A stretch of DNA of 64,000 bases from an uncultured Candidatus Rokubacteria bacterium (GTDB lineage Bacteria > Methylomirabilota > Methylomirabilia > Rokubacteriales > DASRDR01): the NCBI GenBank assembly GCA_963826115.1, contig CAWGVS010000012.1, positions 64,001 to 128,000 of the forward strand. The letters are read 5' to 3'. The notes beneath the pieces were generated by a model that was given only the letters and a program-made list of their open reading frames with translations, was not told the DNA's origin and searched no databases. The position numbers and the translations under genes are program-made. This document shows positions 58,264 to 64,000 of the stretch, piece by piece. The stretch's first letter is position 1, and every line of letters begins with the position of its first letter.

Positions 58264-59373
58264 ATGCGCCGGGCCGGGCGGGGACCGCGTGGGTGGGCGG
58301 GGTTGGCGCTCCTCGGGGCGCTCCTCCTCACGCGCGCCGCCGCCGCGGAGCTGCCGGCGCTGACCGTGTCGATGGGAGGGCTCGCCGAGGACCCCGCCTA
58401 TCTCCCCGTCTACGCCGCGGCGGCGCTCGGGACGTTCGAGGCCGAGGGCATCGCGGTGACGCTCAAGCGGGCCAAGCATCCCACCGGCGCCGTGGCCGCG
58501 CTCCGCGACCGCGAGACCGGCGTGGCCGTCACGACGCTCGACGAAGCGATCCGCGGCGCGTGGGCCCGCAAGATCCCGGTGCAGGTGCTCGTGGCCCACG
58601 TGCGGGCGCCGGCGGTGGCCCTCCTGGTCGCGCCGGCCTCCCGGGACGCCGTGCGCCGGGTCGAGGATCTCCGAGGCAAGGCGGTCGGCATCCCCGGTCC
58701 GGGCACCACGGGACACGCCCTGCTCGCCCTCCTGCTCCGCGAGGCGCGGCTTCAGCCGTCCCACGTCGACATCCGGAGCGTCGGGAGCACCGCGCTCCTC
58801 GCCCAGCTCGGGTCCGGCACGCTCGCGGCCGCGATGGTGGAGGAGCCCTGGGCCACCCGGCTCCTCGACGCGGAGCGCGCGGGCCTCCTGGTCGACTTCC
58901 GCCGGCCGGCCGAGGTCGAGCGCCTCCTCGGCGGACCGTTCTACGAGGTCGTGAGCGTGGCGGTCGCCCCGCCGAAGGAAGAAGAGAAGAAGGCCGCCAA
59001 GGAGGCCGCCAAGAAGGGCGCGCCGCCGCGCCTCGAGCCGCCGCCCGAGACGGTGCTGGTCGCCTACGCCCGCGCGGTCGCGCGGGTCCAGGCCTGGCTC
59101 GCGAGCACCCCGCCGGCGGTGCTTGCCGAGCGGCTGCCGCCCGCGCTGGTCGGGGACCCCGCGCGCTTCCAGGCCCGAATCGGCGCCCTCCAGGCCGCAT
59201 ACGCCGGCTCCGGCGAGGTCACGCGCGAGGGGCTCGACGCGACGCTCCGGACGCTCAAGCGGGGCGGCAGCCCCTGGCCCGTGACCCTGACGGTCGGGCC
59301 CGATGACCTCGCGCCGCCCGGCGCCGTCGTCGAGGCCCGCCGCGGGCTGGGCGCGCCGCCGCCCCCGCCCTGA
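58264..59373 (+). CDS. ABC transporter substrate-binding protein (NMT1/THI5/SsuA-like)
   Basis: Signal peptide, YLPVYAA, DLRGKAVGIPGPGT, AAMVEEP. Confidence 0.78.
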   Translation: MRRAGRGPRGWAGLALLGALLLTRAAAAELPALTVSMGGLAEDPAYLPVYAAAALGTFEAEGIAVTLKRAKHPTGAVAALRDRETGVAVTTLDEAIRGAWARKIPVQVLVAHVRAPAVALLVAPASRDAVRRVEDLRGKAVGIPGPGTTGHALLALLLREARLQPSHVDIRSVGSTALLAQLGSGTLAAAMVEEPWATRLLDAERAGLLVDFRRPAEVERLLGGPFYEVVSVAVAPPKEEEKKAAKEAAKKGAPPRLEPPPETVLVAYARAVARVQAWLASTPPAVLAERLPPALVGDPARFQARIGALQAAYAGSGEVTREGLDATLRTLKRGGSPWPVTLTVGPDDLAPPGAVVEARRGLGAPPPPP

Positions 59374-59392
59374 CCCTGGGCCGCGACCGCGC

Positions 59393-59983
59393 TCAGACCT
59401 CGGTCGGCGCGAGACCGAAGTCGCGGAGCAGGCGGGCGGTCGTGCGGAGCGGCAGCCCCACGACGTTCGTGTAGCACCCCTCCACGCCGTCGACGAGATG
59501 GGCGCCGAGGCCCTGCACGGCGTAGGCGCCGGCCTTGTCGTCGGGCTCGCCCGTCTCGACGTACGCCTCGATCTCGCGGTCGCTGTAGGCCCGCATCCGA
59601 ACCCGGCTCGTCACCACGTCCGACGCCTCGCGCCCGCCCGGGCCCTCGAGGGCGACGGCCGTCACGACCTCGTGGGTCCGGGCGCGGAGGGCGCGGAGCA
59701 TCCGGCCCGCCTCGTCCCGCGAGGCGGGCTTGCCCATGGGCTGCCCGTCCAGCACGACCAGGGTGTCGGCGCCGAGAACCAGGGCGGGCCCCTCGCCCGC
59801 CGCGCGGAGACGGGCGGCGACGTCCCGGGTCTTCCCCCGGGCGAGCGTGGCGGCGAGCGCCACCGCCGGCAGGCCGGCGATGAGCGTCTCCTCGAAGCCG
59901 CTCGGGCGCACCTCGAAGGGGATCCCGAGGCGGGCGAGGAGCTCCTTCCGGCGCGGGGACGCCGAGGCCAGGATCAGGCGCAC
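59393..59983 (-). CDS. maf: Maf family nucleoside triphosphate pyrophosphatase
   Basis: ILASASPRR, GADTLV, GKP, DKAGAYAVQG, NVVGLP. Confidence 0.94.
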   Translation of the reverse strand: MRLILASASPRRKELLARLGIPFEVRPSGFEETLIAGLPAVALAATLARGKTRDVAARLRAAGEGPALVLGADTLVVLDGQPMGKPASRDEAGRMLRALRARTHEVVTAVALEGPGGREASDVVTSRVRMRAYSDREIEAYVETGEPDDKAGAYAVQGLGAHLVDGVEGCYTNVVGLPLRTTARLLRDFGLAPTEV

Positions 59984-60020
59984 GCGGCACGGGCGCGGGG
60001 CGGCGAGCGCCGCCCGCGCA

Positions 60021-60938
60021 CTAGCTGACGATCAGCGGCTCGGCGTCCGTGATGACGCGGGAGCAGTCCGCGATGACCTTCCGGAGGAACACGGGCAGGC
60101 TCAGCATGTGCCGGTGCGCGAGCCCGTCGTAGAAGCGCATGGGGCCCGCCACGCGCTCGGCCACGCGCCCGTCGATGACCGCCGGCGTGAGCGCCGCCGG
60201 GTCGTCCTTCTTGCCGCACACGGCGAAGCCCCACGGCGTCCCGAAGCACGGGATGAAGGACTGGTAGGGTCCGACGTGCGGGAAGACGACCTGGAGCGTC
60301 CGGTTCATCGCCGCGTAGAAGTCGAGCTCCCCCAGCTTCGTCATGCCCGCCTGGAGGGCGAGCGTGCCGTGGGGGGTCAGGCGGTCGCTGAGAAGCTGGT
60401 AGAACTCCCGGGTGAAGAGGAGACAGGCCGGCCCGGCCTCGAGCGGCTCCGTGAGGTCGACGATCGCCACGTCGAAGCGCTCCGGCGTGCGCTCGAGCCA
60501 GCCCCGGGCGTCCTCGTGCCGGAGCTCGGTCCGCGGGTCGTCGAAGGCGCCCTGGTGCATCTCGGGCAGATGGGTCCGGCAGGCGTCCACGACCCGGCCG
60601 TCGATGTCCACCATGACGGCGCGCCGGATCGACTTGTACCGGAGGATCTCCCGGAGCGTCGCCCCCTCCCCGCCCCCGATGACCAGCGCGCTCTCCGGGT
60701 GGGGGTGGAGGACCATGGCCGGGTGGACCAGGGTCTCGTGGTAGATGAAGTCGTCCGCGACGCTCGACTGGATGCGCCCGTCCAGCACCAGGCACTTGCC
60801 GTAGCTCGCCGTCTCCAGGATCTCCATCCGCTGGAACTCGGTCTGGAGGGCGAAGATCGTGCGGACTATCGCGTGGGCGTGCCCCTCGACGGCCGTGGTG
60901 GTTTCAAAAAACCATTTGTAGGGGCTCTGTGGCGCCAT
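60021..60938 (-). CDS. speE: polyamine aminopropyltransferase (spermidine synthase family)
   Basis: LDGRIQS, YHETLVHP, IGGGEGATLRE, VDID, VDLTEP. Confidence 0.93.
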   Translation of the reverse strand: MAPQSPYKWFFETTTAVEGHAHAIVRTIFALQTEFQRMEILETASYGKCLVLDGRIQSSVADDFIYHETLVHPAMVLHPHPESALVIGGGEGATLREILRYKSIRRAVMVDIDGRVVDACRTHLPEMHQGAFDDPRTELRHEDARGWLERTPERFDVAIVDLTEPLEAGPACLLFTREFYQLLSDRLTPHGTLALQAGMTKLGELDFYAAMNRTLQVVFPHVGPYQSFIPCFGTPWGFAVCGKKDDPAALTPAVIDGRVAERVAGPMRFYDGLAHRHMLSLPVFLRKVIADCSRVITDAEPLIVS

Positions 60939-61332
60939 TCGCGGCGACGCCCTCCTTGACCTTGTTCGCGAGCCCGGCCATGCCCGGGAACACCCCGCGC
61001 TTGACCTCCACGCAGGACGCCCGGCTCGCGCCGAACTGCTCCACAAGGTAGTTGGCGGCCTCCGCCGGCTTGAGCGTCTCGCCGCACGAGAAGATGTCCA
61101 CGGCAGCGTACCGGTGCTCGGGCCACGTGTGGATCGAGAGATGGGACTCGGCGATCACCACCACGCCGGAGATCCCGAACGGGTTGAACTCGTGAAAGAC
61201 GACGTCGATGATGGTGGCCTCCGCTCGTCTGGCGGCCTCCACCATCGCGACTTTCACGGACTCAAGGCTGTTGAGGACCTCGGAGCTGCAGTCGTACAAC
61301 TCGAGCAGCAGGTGACGACCCAGGCTCTCCAA
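60904..61332 (-). CDS. speD: S-adenosylmethionine decarboxylase proenzyme (class 1b)
   Basis: LGRHLLLE, FHEFNPFGISGVVVIAESHLSIHTWPE (E/S self-cleavage site), DIFSCG. TTG start with AAGGAG RBS. Confidence 0.93.
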   Translation of the reverse strand: MESLGRHLLLELYDCSSEVLNSLESVKVAMVEAARRAEATIIDVVFHEFNPFGISGVVVIAESHLSIHTWPEHRYAAVDIFSCGETLKPAEAANYLVEQFGASRASCVEVKRGVFPGMAGLANKVKEGVAANGATEPLQMVF

Positions 61333-61460
61333 TCCCGACTCTCCTTCCTCGCCCGCGATCGGCAGTGATCATCGAACTGCGACGCCGGCTCACTGGCGGC
61401 GCGCTCGTCGTCGCGGCGACCCCTTACTCGCCGACGCGACACGGGGCGAAAGTGGCCTGG

Positions 61461-61488
61461 ATTATAGAGCACTAACAAGACAGCGCAA
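61461..61488 (-). promoter_or_regulatory. sigma70-type promoter of speD-speE
   Basis: Minus strand TTGCGC-16 nt-TATAAT within the most AT-rich patch of the region. Confidence 0.55.
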
Positions 61489-61604
61489 GGAAAAAATGCT
61501 TGCGTTTTACTTTCGCGCCAGTGATGATGACGGCCTGTCGCGGGCGAGAAAGAGGTTCGGGCAGGGCGCTCGCGTGTCGCGACTTGGCTGGGAGGGAGGT
61601 GCCG

Positions 61605-62087
61605 ATGTTCTGGAAGCAGGTGACCAAGGCCTCGATCACGGCGGGAACGGCCGAGGGCGGGACGCCGCTGAACGCGTTCGACAACGCGCTGCTGGCGGCC
61701 GGCATCGGCAACGTCAACCTCATCAAGGTCTCCAGCATCGTCCCGCCGGAGGTCGACATCGTCGATCTCCCCCAGATCAAGCCCGGGGCCTTGGTGCCCA
61801 CGGCCTACGCGGCCATGACCAGCTCGACCTCCGGCCAGATCATCGCCGCCGCCGTGGGCTACGCGTTGCCGGTGGACCGCACGAAGGCCGGGGTCATCAT
61901 GGAGTTCCACGACGTCACCGACCGCGGGACGGCCGAGGCCGCGATCCGGGAGATGCTCGCCGAGGCGTTCCGGGTGCGCGGGGAGACGGTGCGCGAGGTG
62001 AAGGTCGTCGCGGTGGACCACCGGGTCGAGCGGGCCGGCTGCGCGCTGGCCGCCGTCGCGCTCCTCTCTGAGGACGACCTCCTGTAG
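61605..62087 (+). CDS. pdaD: pyruvoyl-dependent arginine decarboxylase
   Basis: NAFDNALLAAGIGNVNLIKVSSIVPP (S/S cleavage site), GVIME; GGAGG RBS. Confidence 0.9.
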   Translation: MFWKQVTKASITAGTAEGGTPLNAFDNALLAAGIGNVNLIKVSSIVPPEVDIVDLPQIKPGALVPTAYAAMTSSTSGQIIAAAVGYALPVDRTKAGVIMEFHDVTDRGTAEAAIREMLAEAFRVRGETVREVKVVAVDHRVERAGCALAAVALLSEDDLL

Positions 62088-62147
62088 GTCGCCGCGCCGG
62101 GGGCCGCCCGGGACCCCGGGCCCCCCCGCCACCCGCCACCGCCCAGC

Positions 62148-63017
62148 ATGGCCCTGATCCCGGCCCGACCGCGTTTCCTGTCCGCCCGCCCGGACGCCAC
62201 CGGGGCTGACGTGGTCCTCTGCGGCATCCCGTTCGAGGGCCGGGTCAACCAGCGGAAGGGCGCGTTCCAGGGGCCCGGCGAGATCCGCCGCGCCTCGGAC
62301 CTCATCGAGACCTACGCCCCGCACCTCGCGAAGGACCTGATGGACCTCGTCCTCGCCGACGCCGGCGACGTCGAGCTGCCCGACGTCGGACCCCGGGAGG
62401 CGCTGCAAGCCGCGGCCGCCGCGCTCCGCCAGGTGCTGGTGCCCACCCAGCGCTGGGCCCTCCTGGGGGGCGACCACACCACGACGGCGTCCGTCGTCGA
62501 GGTCGCGCTCGAGCACTTTCCCGACCTCCGCGTGGTCCAGTTCGACGCCCACCCGGATCTCCGTGGTGAGTACCTCGGCGAGTCGTGGAACTATGCGTCC
62601 GCGATGACGCGCGTCCTCGACCACCTCGGGCCGGACCGGCTCTACCAGATCGGCCTTCGCACGGGGGACCGCGAGGAGTGGGAGCCGCCCCGCGGCACCC
62701 ACGTGTATCCCGGCTGGGCGGGCACCGCGGCGGACGCGGCGGCGTCGATCGCCAGGGAGCTCGCGGGGCAGCCGCTCTACGTGACGATCGACATCGACGT
62801 GCTGGACCCGTCCGTCGCGCCGGGGACGGGCGCGCCCGAGCCGGGCGGCATCAGCGCGCCGGACCTCCTCGCGGCGCTCCGGCATCTCGGGGCCGCGCGG
62901 GTGGTCGGATTCGACCTCGTCGAGGTCTCACCGCGCTGGGACCCGTCGGGGCGGACCGGGATCACCGCGGCCGCGATCGTCCGCGACGCGATCCTCATGT
63001 GGTGGGGGCGGGACTGA
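62148..63017 (+). CDS. speB: agmatinase / ureohydrolase
   Basis: GPGEIRRAS, DAGD, GGDH, FDAHPD, IDIDVLDP, APGTG.PEPGG, DLVEVSP. Confidence 0.9.
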   Translation: MALIPARPRFLSARPDATGADVVLCGIPFEGRVNQRKGAFQGPGEIRRASDLIETYAPHLAKDLMDLVLADAGDVELPDVGPREALQAAAAALRQVLVPTQRWALLGGDHTTTASVVEVALEHFPDLRVVQFDAHPDLRGEYLGESWNYASAMTRVLDHLGPDRLYQIGLRTGDREEWEPPRGTHVYPGWAGTAADAAASIARELAGQPLYVTIDIDVLDPSVAPGTGAPEPGGISAPDLLAALRHLGAARVVGFDLVEVSPRWDPSGRTGITAAAIVRDAILMWWGRD

Positions 63018-63805
63018 TGGCCCGCCGACGGGCCCGCCGCCGCGCGGAGCCGTACGCCGCGCCCCTCTACTACCACATCGCGTTCGAGCTCAACCGGAAG
63101 ACGGAGACCGACTTCCTCGCCGCGTGCTTCCGGAAGTACGCGCGGGGCGCCGTCCGCCGCGTCCTCGACGTGGCGTGCGGCACCGGCCACCACAGCCTCC
63201 GCCTCGCCCGCCGCGGGTACCGCATGACCGCGCTCGACCTCTCGGCGCCGTCCATCGCCTTCCTCGACGGGGAGGCCGCGCGACTCGGGCTCCCGATGAC
63301 GACCGTCGTCGGGGACATGACCGACTTCCGCCTGCCCCGGCCCGTCGACGGGGCGATCTGCATGCAGGACTCCCAGGGGCACCTCCTCGAGACCGAGGCG
63401 CTCCTCGCCCACCTGCGGACCGTCCGCCGGAACGTGCGGCGGGGCGGCGTCTACGTCTTCGACCGCCTGGTGCCGAACGGCTGGAGTCCCGGGGCGCGCT
63501 GGACCTGGACCCGGCGGCGCTGGGGGATCACGGTCCGCACGAGCTTCCAGACGCTCCTCGACTACGACGTCGCGCGCCAGGTGTGCCGGGAGGTCATGCG
63601 GTTCGAGATCACCGAGAAGGGCCGGACGCGCGCCGTGGTCCAGCGGCACCCGACGCGCATCGTCTTCCCGCAGGAGCTGCGCGCCCTCGTCGACGTGGCG
63701 GGTGGCTGGGAGCTCTGCGGCTGGTTCTCGAACTTCAGTTTCAAGCAGCCTCTCGAGAAGAGCGCCGCGGCGATGGTGATGATCGTCGTCCTCCGCGCCC
63801 GCTAG
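63017..63805 (+). CDS. class I SAM-dependent methyltransferase
   Basis: VLDVACGTG, LDLS, GDMTDF, GGVYVFD; start overlaps the speB stop (TGATG). Confidence 0.88.
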   Translation: MARRRARRRAEPYAAPLYYHIAFELNRKTETDFLAACFRKYARGAVRRVLDVACGTGHHSLRLARRGYRMTALDLSAPSIAFLDGEAARLGLPMTTVVGDMTDFRLPRPVDGAICMQDSQGHLLETEALLAHLRTVRRNVRRGGVYVFDRLVPNGWSPGARWTWTRRRWGITVRTSFQTLLDYDVARQVCREVMRFEITEKGRTRAVVQRHPTRIVFPQELRALVDVAGGWELCGWFSNFSFKQPLEKSAAAMVMIVVLRAR

Positions 63806-63876
63806 GCGACACGCCGCCGTCGGCCACGGGGCGCGCGCGTGTTGCGCGAAGCGCCCGGAGGTGAAAGGCTGACCGG

Positions 63877-64000
63877 GTGACGCGACTCGTCCTCCGGCCC
63901 CAGCACGAGGCGCGGGTCCGGGGCGGGCATCCCTGGATCTACCGGGCCGACGTCCTGCGGCTCGACGGCCCCTGGCGGGAAGACGAGGCGGTGACCGTCT
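63877..64000 (+). CDS. RlmI-like rRNA methyltransferase, N-terminal PUA domain (partial)
   Basis: VTRLVLRPQHEARVRGGHPWIYRADV; GHPWIY is typical of the RlmI/YccW N-terminus; runs off the window. Confidence 0.7.
   Translation, partial: MTRLVLRPQHEARVRGGHPWIYRADVLRLDGPWREDEAVTV

Overview
Very GC-rich (visibly >70%) bacterial chromosomal DNA, densely coding, with about 55 plausible genes. I saw no rRNA, tRNA, CRISPR array, transposase or integrase. Most long ORFs in the supplied track are GC-rich shadow frames. Left part: ftsH (partial), a group-2-like sigma70 factor, lemA, an MFS transporter, a hydantoinase/oxoprolinase A-B/SDR/Rid operon, a PAS-MBL pair, a D-glutamate cyclase/pxpBCA operon, a LarA-like protein, bamD and oppD/oppF. 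Right part: ABC-F, hom/lysC, two large TPR proteins, rarA-ddl-murG, a LipJ-like cyclase/LOG/EamA operon, maf, and a divergent polyamine locus (speD-speE / pdaD-speB-methyltransferase). The standout is 23.0-40.1 kb. It holds two paralogous ~1,360-1,390 aa regulators, each built from a sigma54 activator AAA+ domain, a Fis HTH, a degenerate cyclase domain, a STAND NTPase and TPR repeats. Each sits head-to-head with a consensus sigma54 -24/-12 promoter and a similarly spaced IHF-like site. One promoter drives a six-gene membrane-associated biosynthetic operon (flippase-like, PAP2/IPC-synthase-like, heme-oxygenase-like diiron oxidase, enolase-superfamily enzyme, GH3 amide ligase, ICMT-like methyltransferase). 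The other drives a small membrane protein plus a B12-radical SAM enzyme. All family assignments come from motif recognition by eye; no database search was run.
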